Shown piece by piece: positions 24,701-35,640 of a DNA stretch of 64,000 nt; the first letter of the stretch is position 1, and each line of letters starts with the position of its first letter. The position numbers and the translations under genes are program-made. This DNA comes from Macrostomum hystrix (lineage: Eukaryota; Animalia; Platyhelminthes), in contig CATNEN010000025.1 of NCBI GenBank assembly GCA_950097015.1, positions 3,162,001 to 3,226,000 on the forward strand, given 5' to 3'. The notes under the pieces are model-generated. The model saw nothing but the letters and a program-made list of their open reading frames with translations. It was not told the DNA's origin and did no database searches.

Positions 24701-27700
24701 TCAGAAGCAACCGGACACCCTGATCACACCCACCGAGATGGAGCTATTGGCTGACGGAGCTATCGACACAGAACAGCTGCTGCTGCTGCGTCGGCCGAGC
24801 GCCGTTGATGAACAGCAGCCGATGGGACCCTACGGCCTGGAGATCGACTGCGTGCTGGTGAAGGTGAGGTCAAGTTACTGGAAAATTGTTAAGGGCTTTA
24901 TTTTTTAGTTTATCGACGTGACTATCTAATGGCAAGATTATCAATGCCTTATTTTGTGTTTTTTCTGCATTTACGTGGTGTCAAAGTTGTTCTATAACGT
25001 TTTTTTAATTTAAAAACGCTTTTTTGCGTCAAATGTTTGTAACGCTAATCGGTAAAAGGGGTTTTAGCCTAGTGACTAGAGAGTCGGACTCATAACTTTT
25101 AGCAAGACACGAATTGTCCATGGACTGAACAGCCGTCTCATCGTCAGGCAGTGTACTGCACTCTCACTGTGCCTTGGAGGTAAACCCGCGCGAGCCTTTT
25201 CCATGCGGCTGCACCTGAAATTAATGAGGCCTCGCCGCGGATTTGAGTTCAGGAACCTTCGGGCTAGAGATTAGACAGTTTTAAATAACAAGGACAAGTT
25301 GACGTGAGAAAATGAATAATGAACTGAAGATGCTCGCATCACATGTTCTTCTTTCTATACAGGGCAAGCTGGGTCTCGGCTTTGCCATCACCGAAATCGA
25401 CAATACTGATGGCGACCACAAAGACGCCAACAGCGAAGTCGCCGACACTGGTAGCAACTGCGACGGTGACCAGGATTCAGCGACGGCGACAGCGGTGGAG
25501 GATGCCGCCGCGTCGACTCAGCCGGAGCCGAAACGGGCCGGCCTGGGTGTCCAGGTGAAGCACATCACCGAGCGGGGCCCGGCTGAGACTGAGGGCACCC
25601 TGTGTCCGGGCGACCGGCTGCTGCGGGCCAACGGAATGGACTTGGCCGAGGCCACCTACGACCAGGCGCTGGACTGCCTGCGCTCCCTGCCAGCTGGCGA
25701 GGTGCGCCTCACGGTTGCTAGGCAACTGACGCCAACGCCGCCGCAGCAGCTGCAGAAACAGCAGGAGGAGCAACAGGAACAGCTGGCCAATGAGAAGCAG
25801 GAAGCGTCGGGTGAGTGTGCGTGAGGCCGAGAGAGCGGCAATAGGGACTAAGCGTATAAAAAACAGCGCCCGCTGTAGACTGGGAACCGGCTTTTGCTAA
25901 GAAACTTTTTGTTATCGAATTTCTCTCGCTAAAAAAGATTCTCAATCAGAGTTTTCGGCTCAGCAGCAGCAGCAGCAGCAGCCAGGAATGAACGGGTTGG
26001 AAACGCTGCACATTGAGATTGACAAAGGCGAGGCTGGAACGCTTGGAATCGGCATTGTTGGAGGCAGCGACACGGACCTAGTGAGTTCGCTCAGCAGTAT
26101 TTACCTGATACGAGTGTATGAGTCTAGTAGTTTTACTGATTATTTAACATTTTCATTGAGTAACATTGAGTCTATATCAATGTCTCTGAGTACTTACGAA
26201 TGTCCGTGGGTATCGACCATTATCCCTAGCCTCTTTTAGTGTCCCTGAGTGTTTAACAATATCCAGAACTCTCTCTAACAATGTTTCTGAGTGTCTACGA
26301 ATGTCCCCTGGTATATAACAACGCCCGTGAGTATCAAAATTAGAAACATTTTTTAAGATTTTGAACTCAGTACCTTTAGGCTTATCATGCAACTAAGGAC
26401 AGAATGGGACACTCGTCATATTTTAACTAGATTTTCGAATCTTTCAAATTGACATATGCTTTCTAGCTGCAGCAATAATCGATGCCTGTTTGACAGGCCG
26501 CAGCTAGATATTCAGTGTCAGTCAGCAGGTGGCAGAGCAGTTCACACTGAACCTGTAGAACTCTGTCTCCTAATATACACACGCGCGCGCACTCACACTC
26601 ACAGTATCGCACTCTCACTACCACTCTAAATCCAGCCTAAGTGTGATCGATGCGCGGATGCCCATACACCACTTTCCGGCCTTCTAAACGCCCGGTCGTC
26701 TCCCTTCCTCCGCCCCTCCCGTTTTGTCGGCAATTCCCACTTCTTGGAGCTTCTGCTGGCCGCAGAATCCCATGAGCGACTAGTCCGGGTTTTATTCTCC
26801 AGCCATCGAAGCAGCATGAGCGAGTCGAAGTGATAGGAAGAGGATGAATGGTAAGGGGTAGCTAAATTTTTTCAAGGGAGGAAAAAGTAAGAGCCGAAGG
26901 ATGAGAAATATCCGAGGGCCATATGTCAGACGTCCGCGGAAAATGGGGGGGGTGCAGAGGCACGCGGAAGGCGCAAGAGGCTCCGAGAGCGGGGTATAGT
27001 CCGGGCCGATGGCGAAAATTCGTGCGCACAGCAATGGGAAGGCAGCTGCAGCTAGCGAGGCTGTCAGTCGCAGTCGCATCCGCACTTGCCGCTTTAACCA
27101 AGAAGCCTTTTAAGGGTGATGGGAGGAAGGCGAGAGCGATAGCGTGAGGGCAGAAATCGACAGTAAGAAGCGGAGAGCGGACGCTGCAGCAAAGTTATTG
27201 TGAGATAGCATTGCGTTGGAACGGCCCCACCACCTGCTCCCCACGCTGCATCATTTAGCTTTAGCCAATGCATACATATAGATGTGTATATATACTTTCA
27301 CTCTCAAATTCAGTCTATATTCTTTAACCTAGAAACTGCCAATTTTCCACGCTCGGGGCTGCATGGAGGTTCTCGCTCGCATCCCTCTTCGCTCCTCGTC
27401 AAATATAACAGAAGAAGAAAATACGACTGGGGAAGTGTAGCTGTCCCCGCCCGGCTCGTGCAGTTGCTTTCTGTTGAATATTAGTTGGCAGATGGACTGG
27501 AAGATGTTTTCTTTTGCAAACATTAGGGATTGGGGAGGTCCTACATAGTTTGGTCAATTATTTTTACAGTGCCGCAAGGCCTATTTTAGTTAACATCTTC
27601 TTTCAAGAAAATAGCGAAAGTGTGTAGTCAGTTTCGCATTAGCAAGCCAAGAATGTTGACGAAAGAAATGCAAATGTTTCATTTTTAGACTAATGTAGCA

Positions 27701-28935
27701 AGCATTAGGGGTAAACAAGATGACTGATTTCGCATATATATATATAAATAGATAGAAGTGGCACCTGACATTCAGTTGAGCCACATGTACAGCCGCAGGT
27801 ATTCAAGCGCGCTTCCAAAGGCTGTTGTAAAGCTGCTCAGTCCGTGGACACACAACCAACTTTCTATTCAACTAATCCTGCTACCTGTAGCTGGTTAAAC
27901 TGAAGTTAGTGTCCTGCTCAAGGGCATGAATTGGCTCAAGTTGGCTACTTAGCAGCCAATTCATGCGAAGTTTCTCGATTTCCCAATCAGAAATCGATCG
28001 TCATCTACGAGATTCTGGATGCCGGAGCAGCCAGTCGGGACCAGAGGCTGCGCGAAGGCGACCGGATTCTAAGCGTCGACGAGCGTGACTTCGCTTCTGT
28101 GACGCACGACGAAGCCAGGGCGGCCCTCCGCCAGTGCGGCCGAGTCGCCCGACTGGTTGTTCAGCGAGGACTTGGCCCGATGTCAGAGGCCGAACTGTTT
28201 GACTTTGAGTCCATTGAGCTGGCAAAGAAGCCAAGTAGAGGTTTCGGCTTCAGCATTGTTGGCCGGTCGCGAGATGAAGGCGTTCTAATTTCTGATATTG
28301 TGAGTTTTACTGTGTTGCAATAGAAGCCATGCATGCACAAACAGGATCTCGACAATAGACTTTTGGAAACAATTTAAGATCGTGGGAATAGTATCACATT
28401 GTACTTACACACTGAATGTACATGTATATGTATATCCTAAGGTCGTCCTCTATCCTAAGGTCGTTGGATTAGGACAGAAAAATAGAACCACGCATAGAGC
28501 TCGTGATCAAGTCCGTTTCAAAGGTCACACTGAGCTAAAATATAAGTGCATGTACGAAGTGATCACGCAGCTGATGCGTGCACTGCTACGTCTAATCGAT
28601 TTTCTCTACGGCTTACATAATTTTTTTCTTGCCAGATTCGGGGCGGTGCCGCAGAGAGCGATGGCCGCCTGCAGCCTGGTGACAGAGTGTTTGAGATCAA
28701 CGGTAGCGACGTCCGGTTACTGCCTCATGTCGAGGTGGCCACTAGGCTCAAGGCAGCTCAGGGTAGGATCAGCATGCTGATTGGCCGCCTGAAGCATGTC
28801 AGCGCTGCGTCCAGAGCTAAGCAGAGACGAGGTGATTATTTGTTTACTCTTCATGCAGGGATGCTTGAACAATATTGAATCGAAGAGCTATTTGAAACAG
28901 CCTATTTTTCATTCCCATCCGTTGCAGGATACTAG
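454..28935 (+). CDS. Patj: Patj/MPDZ (MUPP1)-like multi-PDZ scaffold, 5'-partial, ~20 exons, ~1350 aa and 8 PDZ domains in window
   Basis: Phase-consistent join(454..545,645..780,904..1029,2348..2592,2770..3099,3467..3730,5149..5589,7224..7322,8617..9023,10349..10462,15981..16035,17635..17737,23382..23581,24105..24275,24687..24863,25363..25810,25950..26080,27991..28299,28636..28831,28928..28935). Diagnostic peptides recalled from Patj/MUPP1: [74 protein letters not shown]. Confidence 0.9.
904..1029 (+). CDS. Patj: Patj linker exon
   Basis: tcttcag acceptor, a|gtgagc donor, phase 1 to 1, joins in frame to 2348 (A+TG=Met). Confidence 0.6.
1093..2318. repeat. 20-mer minisatellite CACACCCACCTCAGACACTC (about 60 units)
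   Basis: Directly visible. Confidence 0.97.
2348..3730 (+). CDS. Patj: Patj exons 2348-2592, 2770-3099, 3467-3730: two PDZ domains (about MUPP1 PDZ4, PDZ5)
   Basis: [58 protein letters not shown] and [48 protein letters not shown]; canonical phase-0 splices. Confidence 0.92.
3130..3325 (-). mobile_element. SINE family A fragment (Patj intron)
   Basis: Shares GAGGCAATTCTGCCCA, CTCCTGAGCACAC, GTGTACATCTGCCCTGA, CCCTGGAGGTTGG with the 61-kb copy. Confidence 0.75.
3783..4075. repeat. 28-mer minisatellite AGTCTATGGTAGATTTTGGGTGTATTAT
   Basis: About 10 units. Confidence 0.92.
4578..4772. repeat. 12-mer repeat AGCAGTTAGTTG
   Basis: Directly visible. Confidence 0.92.
5149..5589 (+). CDS. Patj: Patj low-complexity linker exon (polyQ, Ser/Pro-rich)
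   Basis: Open frame with coding-like composition; strong cag|gtgagg donor at 5590; acceptor weak (only phase-0 AG nearby is at 5148). Confidence 0.55.
5680..6932. repeat. 12-mer minisatellite GG(T/G)TCT(A/G)GT(G/C)TG
   Basis: About 100 units with several variants. Confidence 0.97.
7224..7322 (+). CDS. Patj: Patj 99-nt linker exon
   Basis: GHARQASDLSQLTIDTNATSVDTVSLSSFDSVK, phase 0-0, GC-rich island in an AT-rich intron. Confidence 0.7.
7739..8458. repeat. 20-mer minisatellite, same family as 1093-2318
   Basis: Same consensus plus a CAGACCTACC variant. Confidence 0.95.
8617..10462 (+). CDS. Patj: Patj exons 8617-9023 and 10349-10462: PDZ (about MUPP1 PDZ7)
   Basis: LGLVISAVGNGANGCLVTEILPGSAAARSGAIQQGDYVTGVN..ARSVLRR..DI|SVTYIP; the phase-2 splice across the array restores the last PDZ strand (cf. 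MUPP1 DIKITYVP). Confidence 0.85.
9077..10290. repeat. 20-mer minisatellite AATCCCATCCAAGGCTACCC grading to AATCCCATTTTACGCTACTC
   Basis: Directly visible. Confidence 0.95.
11038..11247. repeat. 20-mer repeat CCCACTCCGCATACACCCAT
   Basis: About 10 units. Confidence 0.9.
12038..13112. repeat. 15-mer minisatellite TTAGCCAGAGGATTA
   Basis: About 70 units, with 14-nt deletion variants. Confidence 0.97.
13432..14536. repeat. 20-mer minisatellite AGCAGCTTTGAGAACATGTT
   Basis: About 55 units. Confidence 0.97.
15201..15758. repeat. 26-mer minisatellite ACCATAGACAACAATGTCTGTTTCAC
   Basis: About 21 units. Confidence 0.95.
15981..17737 (+). CDS. Patj: Patj small linker exons 15981-16035 and 17635-17737
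   Basis: Pyrimidine-rich cag acceptors and gtaagt donors; phases 2 to 0 and 0 to 1 exactly bridge exons 10462 and 23382. Confidence 0.65.
16788..17080. repeat. 23-mer repeat CCCA(G/C)TGCACTGACTTACTGACA
   Basis: About 12 units. Confidence 0.9.
17087..17490. repeat. 24-mer repeat TCTTGCTGCGATTCTATCTACAAC
   Basis: About 16 units; abuts the previous array. Confidence 0.92.
17760..18921. repeat. 26-mer minisatellite CAGCTCA(C/G)TGTATTCACT(C/T)ACTGACA
   Basis: About 44 units. Confidence 0.97.
19345..19490 (+). mobile_element. SINE family B head and core, running into a 32-mer array
   Basis: B box GAGTTCGAATC; TTGTGTCCTTGAGCAG..CATCCAGCTGTTAAATGGGT. Confidence 0.6.
19490..20320. repeat. 32-mer minisatellite ATCTGCAGTGTGATCTACCAGATTATCTACTA
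   Basis: About 26 units. Confidence 0.95.
21033..22301. repeat. 23-mer minisatellite GGAAGGTAGATAGATTGGATACA
   Basis: About 55 units. Confidence 0.97.
23382..25810 (+). CDS. Patj: Patj exons 23382-23581, 24105-24275, 24687-24863, 25363-25810: two PDZ domains (about MUPP1 PDZ8, PDZ9)
   Basis: [96 protein letters not shown]. Confidence 0.88.
23594..23990. repeat. 32-mer minisatellite GTGCAGGTGTGATTTGGTGATGAAGCTCTGCT
   Basis: About 12 units. Confidence 0.95.
25125..25290 (-). mobile_element. SINE family A fragment (5' half)
   Basis: CTCATCGTCAGGCAGTGTAC..CTGTGCCTTGGAGG..GGCCTCGCCGCGGA shared with the 61-kb copy. Confidence 0.7.
25950..28935 (+). CDS. Patj: Patj 3' exons 25950-26080, 27991-28299, 28636-28831, 28928-28935: two PDZ domains (about MUPP1 PDZ10, PDZ11) and stop
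   Basis: [90 protein letters not shown]; the last phase-1 splice gives RRGY* (terminal exon less certain). Confidence 0.88.
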
Positions 28936-30626
28936 CAGAAATGGAGCGTCAGAACCGATATCTGCAAAACTATTCCATTAGTGGCCGCTCCTTCAAGCGA
29001 TTGGAAAGGCCAAAAAACGTTTGAGCACATTTTAAACTCTTTTATTGTTGAGTAAAAGCCGATAACTGGATATGCTTGCAACTGTGCCGTGCATATACCT
29101 GCAGCCCAGAGGTAACCGGCATCCAGACAAACACCTACGCACCTGCACCGCCCATACGAATGCCGAAATACACAATACAAGACGACTTAGAATCACACCG
29201 GGGCTGAAGTTTTGATGGGATTTTGAGGCACAATTTCCTGCCAGAAATAGCTGCCTTCTTGTAGTGGGGGCAGTGAAACTTCAGGAAATCTCAACGAGCA
29301 GTTCGAGCAGAGCGTATTGCCCTCCCATCCAAGGAAAGAAGTATTTTGAGCAAAAAATCTTTCAGTGAAGTGCACCTTTGTATATCCGTGGCATTCAGTG
29401 TCCTGCTATTTTCTTCACTTTTATTTCGAATTTAAGAGACACCCACTGAATTTATTCATTAATTTTGAATATTTTTGCAAGCTTCGCTGGGTGTCAGATT
29501 TTTTAAGGAAATGCCAATTTTCAGTCTCTGAGGAAAGGATTTTTCTGATCACGTGGTTCGTTATCCCATTTTCCTATTCTCAAAAACTTCACTGAAGAAA
29601 GATTGATTAAATTAATAAGCATTACTAAGAAAATTTTCCGGTATGGATTTCGTCAAAATGCGATTTTTATAGTCGTAAATGCGCAGAATTGACTACTGAA
29701 AGTAACTAACTGGAGATAGTGAGGCTATTGCTTTGCTTTTTAATTCTGCGTTTGCTGCATATTCTTCGTGGCCATTGAGTCCATTCATTATGTTTAGCCG
29801 GACGACAAGTTTTAGCATATTGAATAAGCAATGTTAAATCAAAGCTTCCCTTTATTTCTGCTTCACATTTCGATAAAAGCTACCTGATGCAAGTTGTCTT
29901 TTATCAAATAAAAAAGGAGATGACGTCACTTGATTCCGCACAACGAAATTAGCGAAAAATACCTTTGCTTCAAAAAGTGTCGATTGAGAGTTTTTATAAA
30001 ACCTGTTTTAGAGATAGAGACCAGTGTTAGAGATGTGAGATCGGTGTTAGAGATGTGAGAGATGAGAGATGGTAGACACCACACTAGACCCACCTAAATC
30101 TCTCTTACTCTCTCCATTGCGGAAGTTGAAGGACTTCCGTCAGTTTGAAGTTGGACAGTTGTTGGTTGACTAAAACACCAAAGTGTGTTGGAGCATCACA
30201 TGACCGCTGGTGAGGCCTCAGAAATGTCTGTACAAACGATGCGAAAATAGAAATTATGTATTATTAATGATCATTCCACTGAAAAGTACAGTACAGCATA
30301 TTGAAAATTAAGCTAAAGATTTAGTTTGAAAGGTGGTAGCTGGGCCGAGAACACTACAAGTAAACTTTTTTTATCTCAAACCGCACTATGAAATGAGCAT
30401 GCATCGCCTGAGGGGCTGACTTAGCCGGTCTGTTCATGTCTCAAATAAAAAATCTGCATTGTCCAGAGTAAGGAGAGAAAGAGAGTTAGAGAGAGGTTTA
30501 TATATTTTGTAGCAAGAGAATAGAGTGTTGCAGTATTTGAAGACTAGCACAGCTCAGACAGAACTTTTTAGTTTGTACGAGTGCAAAAACCTCAAATTGA
30601 TCCACATACGGCTCAACCGACACGTC

Positions 30627-33134
30627 ATGGCCAGCGGCGGCGGTACCAGCTGTGACAGAGGTGCAGGCGGAGATGCGAGATTGTCTATGGTACATCGGCA
30701 GCCGCCGCCACCGCCGCCGCCACCACTGCGTCTGCAATCCGAAACAAGGTAAAGTCTTCAAGGAGTTTCAGATCGAGTTTCCAAATTTTCAACTAGAGTC
30801 ATATGAAAGTTAGGTGTGCTGGGCAGTGTCACCTGTGCAATACAGCTTTAGCGGATAAAAGCAGGCGAGCTTGCCGCACAATGACAGCGCACTTCTAGTT
30901 AGCACACTTCATGCCGAAGCCCATCTGAAAAGAGGTCTAGGGGTTCTCACGCGGGAGAGCTTCGGACTCCTAAATGATATTCAGAATTGCACCACTGGCT
31001 ATAAATCTGGCCCAACCTGGTTAGGTAAAACTATTTTTTCAACTCGATCAACTAGATTTCCGTCTCACGACTCTACCGGCACAATTAACGAGCAGCAGCA
31101 GCAGCAGGCCCGCTTTAACTTGAAGTTCAGCATCAACGTGCCATGCAGCGATGTGCGCCGACTGGCACAGACCGGAGCCAAGCTGCTCTACTCGCTGAAG
31201 GACTGCTCGCGGGCCGGCCGAGTGAACTGGAAGCTGCGCATGAGGCGGTGCGAGCTGGCCGACAGGTAAAACTGGACTGAGCTTGCGACAGTTTGGCAAG
31301 TACCACTAGTATAGGTAGCTAGTAGTTGTTGTAATATTAAACTGCCAACATCTTTTTTTAACTTAAGCTCGATGAATTTAGTACAGTACATTTTCTATCG
31401 CCTCAAAGCAACCTTCATCCTTCGACTGCCACCAACAGTTGCGAAGCCAGTGCACCATCGACAATAGAACAGTCGGCACAGGTCGATCCTGCGGATCCCT
31501 ACGTGTCGCTCTACTTGAAGTTCGAGCCGCAGGTGTTCGCCGAGTCGGCCAGCTGCGCCGTCGAGTTCGCCGTTCGCGTCGCCGGACCTGGCGGTCGCAG
31601 CGTGGATCGGCGCAGCTGCGGCCGACGCGAGTTCAGCCTGGCCGAGTGCTGCCGCGGCTGGGCGCGCTTTGCCCGCGCCTCGGAGCTGGAGGCGCTCGCC
31701 TCCAGAAGCGACGGCGTCGAACACCTGAAACTCAGCGGCGTCCTGCACATGTTCGAAGCCTCCAGAGTGCTCTATCCGGAGCGGCGGCACAACTTTGCCA
31801 GGTGTCAGCAGGGCGCCGATTTTCGGCTGCGCGTGCAGCTGGCTACCTTTCAGGTGCACCGGGCGGTGCTGGCGCTCAACTCGGACTATTTCGCCAGCCT
31901 GCTGGCTAGACCAGACTCGCTTGAGTCCCGCCAGGGACAGGCCGTGCTCAGAGATGACCGGATTCAGGTGAGGCGCTGCATATAAGATGAAAAAGCCCGC
32001 AAAGCTCCGGAATCCTGCCTCCCTGTCCAATCGCTCCCATTTTTCATTTGTCTCCTCTTGTCGGCAGCATAATCTCTTCATAATCTTATCTGTACGCAGC
32101 CTTGGTAGTGGAGAATAGCTCAATAGCTGCAGCAGTGCCACAGTGCTATAGTATCTATGTACGAGTCCTCTTTAGTCGTGCTCGTGATTATGGAGTGCCG
32201 GTGTACAGTCTAGACTCTTAAAACCTGCAGGATGTGCACCTCATGCTGCAGTTCATGTATCCGGGCTACCCTGACGTTATCGACGACGACACCTTGCGGC
32301 CGTTAAGTTGTTTGGCTGCCAAATACCAGGTGCACACATTGGCATGGCACTGCATGCAGTACATTGATAGGTATGCTTATAGCAGAATGTTTATTTGTTA
32401 TTCAATAAATTAAAAACAATTCCGATGAAACTTTGATATTGGACGGCGAAAGTTTGACGTGTCTTTATGACGCAATTGCGGTGGTTGTTGATACGTTCTT
32501 TTTTTAAGTCAAGGATCTACGTCGAATCCAAAAGTTTCATAGTTCGAGTAGTCTATACGGCTATTGCTAGTTTACTCAGCAGGCATGAAAAAACGCAAAT
32601 CTTGAAGTGGCTTGGGCTGTGGCAACCAACAGTAGATTATGTACTCGTATCTGACAATTTTTCGCAACGTCAGACTAAATTTGCTTATTGTGCATTTTGG
32701 CTTGGTCCAGATTGGCGCGAATATTGAAGCAAACAATTCAACAAAAAGCTAAGTAAAATCTGCCGCCATTATATAGCAAGCTTGTCGAGTATCCAGCACC
32801 GGACGCGGAGCGGGCCGCTCTCTATTACTCAGTCTGCCAGGACTGGCTGCATTGTCCAGACCTGGCCGAGCAGTGCGTCCGAGCTGCCGCCCACCTGCCC
32901 TGGCGCGGAGGACTGCGCGAGGCTCGCCATTTTAGAGCGCTCGATGAGACTCGCAAATCCACCTTCCTGCAGGCCTACCTCGACTTCAGGGAGACAACGC
33001 CGCCGGAGCAGCCCCTGCCATCGCTCACAGGCCCACGCGGAGTTCAGCAGGCGGGCGACAACTCGCTTTCTTCGGACACTGGAGTGCCCGCTGAAGACGA
33101 CGACGATGAAGCCGATGATGAAACAGATGACTGA
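30627..33134 (+). CDS. MATH-BTB/POZ protein (SPOP/BATH-like putative Cullin-3 adaptor), 5 exons
   Basis: join(30627..30748,31056..31265,31439..31967,32231..32370,32777..33134), phase-consistent. MATH-like: WKLRMRR, YVSLYLKF, CAVEFAVRV, GWARF. BTB: ADFRLRVQLATFQVHRAVLALNSDYFASLL..ESRQ..DVHLMLQFMYP..LAAKYQV. Acidic C-terminus. Confidence 0.8.
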
Positions 33135-33149
33135 CAGCTAGACTCTTAA

Positions 33150-33395
33150 AGTCAATGCTAAGACTCTCACACCAAGGCCCCTGAGCTCTGAGCCCCATTA
33201 ATTTGGGGCGCAGAGGCGAAAGGAGGACAATGTCCCCAAGGCACAGTGAGTGTTAGTCCGGCTGAAGATGAGACACTTGTGCACCATTGTGGGAGTGTGC
33301 CTGTTTTCTTAGGCGTGTGCTCAAGGGGTCAGTGGAATGTGCGGAATTGCCTCCTCGCTGGAAGCAATGGTACAATGCTTTATTTTTATACGCTA
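33150..33395 (+). mobile_element. Diverged SINE family A copy just after the MATH-BTB stop
   Basis: CCCCAAGGCACAGT..GTGTGCTCA..GAATTGCCTCCTCGCTGG matches the SINE sense strand. Confidence 0.65.
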
Positions 33396-34114
33396 AAAGT
33401 CCGACTCGTATTAATACTCATACATCAGCATTTTTAATTACTCCATCAACCATTAACACTTGCACATTTAAATTTTTGTCAAGAATTTTCTTTTTAACTT
33501 CTGTTCGGTGGCGTTCAAACCCTAACAAGTCCATTTAACTCGCTCCATTCAGCCTCCATCCACGCCAACGAGGATGCAAGAGTACGAGCACAAGCAGTAT
33601 ACTAGTACTGACGCGCTGCGCATTGTGGGTTGAACCTCGTGGGCGAAAACTGTGCGCCAAAAACTGGGGACATTGGTTCTAGACATGTAATATGGAAGAA
33701 AAAGAAATGAAAACAGAAAATGCTTTCTACGAGCTATTAAAAGATATTTTTAATGAGCGAAACAAAATAATGGAACAAAAATGCAATCCAAACTGTATTG
33801 CTTACGGCTGCCATGGTTACACTGACGAAGCGTGCGCTGGGACCGATAGAAAATCGTTTTAAAAGCAGAATAAAATGTGGAAGAACATCTATACAATATA
33901 TACAAAAGGATAAACAAGATCAAACTAAGAAAAAATATTTTGTGACCAAAATAGCACTTTTTCACTTAAACTTTGTAATAAACGTTTTATCCAGTCTCAC
34001 AAACAGTGATGACAGAGAAATACACAATTGAATAAACATATGCAGTGTATAAAAGGCGGCTGTAGGGTATGAAGTTCTCAAAATAGTTTATTTGAATTTC
34101 TACTATCAGAAGTA

Positions 34115-34573
34115 TCAGCTAGCGGCTTTTTTGGAACCGCGTTTCAGTCTTTTCCATGGTGGCTGCTGCTTCGGACGCACCGACCGCAGCTGTCGCTGCT
34201 GGCTGCACTTCCTAATGGCGCTTGGTGGCTGAGGATTGAACACATTCGATTGCGACGCCGCCTCTTGGAGCGAAGTATCACCCAGATTGAGACCAGGCTG
34301 CTGCGGACAATGAGACACCTTCGACTGCTCAACCTGGCTGACTGCTTTCGAAGCACTCGGAAAACCATCATGTTTAGCGTCATCATTCAACGTCTCGATT
34401 GGTGATAGCTTCCGATAGGCAACCAGCACAACGGGACTCTTCTCTGCCGCTTCCATGGTCTTCTCACTAGACCTGTCTGACACTGCGGTTACTTTACGTC
34501 TTTTGCGCTTATTTGCCGCGCCCGAAGATGTCGCAGTCCTGCTGTCAGAGCAGCAGCTGTAGCTGGTCCTTGT
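34115..34573 (-). CDS. Orphan terminal coding exon of an unidentified gene (NLS-like KRKRRKV)
   Basis: Acceptor cacactcgcag at 34576-34574, 152 open codons to TGA, AATAAA about 25 nt downstream; upstream exons not found. Confidence 0.45.
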   Translation of the reverse strand, partial: TRTSYSCCSDSRTATSSGAANKRKRRKVTAVSDRSSEKTMEAAEKSPVVLVAYRKLSPIETLNDDAKHDGFPSASKAVSQVEQSKVSHCPQQPGLNLGDTSLQEAASQSNVFNPQPPSAIRKCSQQRQLRSVRPKQQPPWKRLKRGSKKAAS

Positions 34574-35431
34574 CTGCGAGTGTGTGCATGTGGGGTTATT
34601 TCCCTGCTGCGATTCAATTTATGGTTCTTGTTGTGATACAATTTATGGTTCTTGTTGCGATTCCTGCTGCGATTCTATTTATGGTTCCTGCTGCGATTCT
34701 ATTTATGGTTTCTTTTAAATTCTAGTTATGGTTCCTGCTGCGTTTTCTATGATTCCTGTTGCATTCTATTTATGGTTCCTGCTGCGATTCTATTTTTGGT
34801 TCCTGCTGCGTTTCTATTTATGGTTTCTTTTGCATTCTAGTTATGGTTCCTGCTGCGTTTTCTATGATTCCTGTTGCATTCTATTTATGGTTCTTGATGC
34901 GATTCTATTTTTGGTTCCTGCTGCGATTCTATTTATGGTTCTTGCTGTCATTCTGTCAACGATTCCAGCCAGTGTTCCCACTCCAATCTACCCATTTTTC
35001 CTCCGCAGCCTAAAGAAAATTCCGCAGATAGCTTAACCTATTAAATATGATAAGATTTTCAACAAAACTATGGAAAAAAACTTTTGAACAAGCATTTTTT
35101 TAAACTCAAAATAAGTAAGCAAGTCTAAGTCAATGTATTCTAGACTTCCAGTTTACAATCAAGTTGTCAACCCATCACATTGGCTGTGGATGGCAAAAAG
35201 TTCTTTTTATTCTACTTTAACGAAAAAACAATGGCTGGCTCAATGTTTGCACTTTACGGAAAAGATTTGACGTGTCACGTGACACACAGGCACAACTGCT
35301 ATTTAGTTACAACTACAAGCATTAAACATTCTTTAGGTTCTATTCAACTGTTAATAAAAGTAAAACTAATTAAGTAAAGTTAACTACTAGAGATACAATA
35401 CTTTGCTTATTAATTAGACTGCTGCCAAGAC

Positions 35432-35640
35432 TAGAGATTGGACAGGATGAAGATTTTTGGGATTGGGATTCCTAATTTCGGGAATCGGGATTGCAATTCA
35501 TGATTGAATTTCAGGTTTCAGCATTTAAAGATATGAATATATAAGATGGTTGGATGGGATCTCAAAATAATTTCAGAATCATGATCATGAGTTTGGCCAG
35601 GATCCCAGGCTTTTGTGATCGGGATCCAATCCTACCTCTA
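35432..35640. mobile_element. 209-bp non-autonomous hAT-type MITE nested in the transposon
   Basis: Ends TAGAG/CTCTA with imperfect 17-bp TIR (13/17); flanking 8-mers GCCAAGAC (35424-35431) and GTCAAGAC (35641-35648), 7/8; internal GGGAT repeats. Confidence 0.6.

Noticed and set aside
35272-35285. Palindrome GTGTCACGTGACAC (CLEAR/E-box-like) in the hAT
   Set aside because: A single motif with no supporting context; may be chance.
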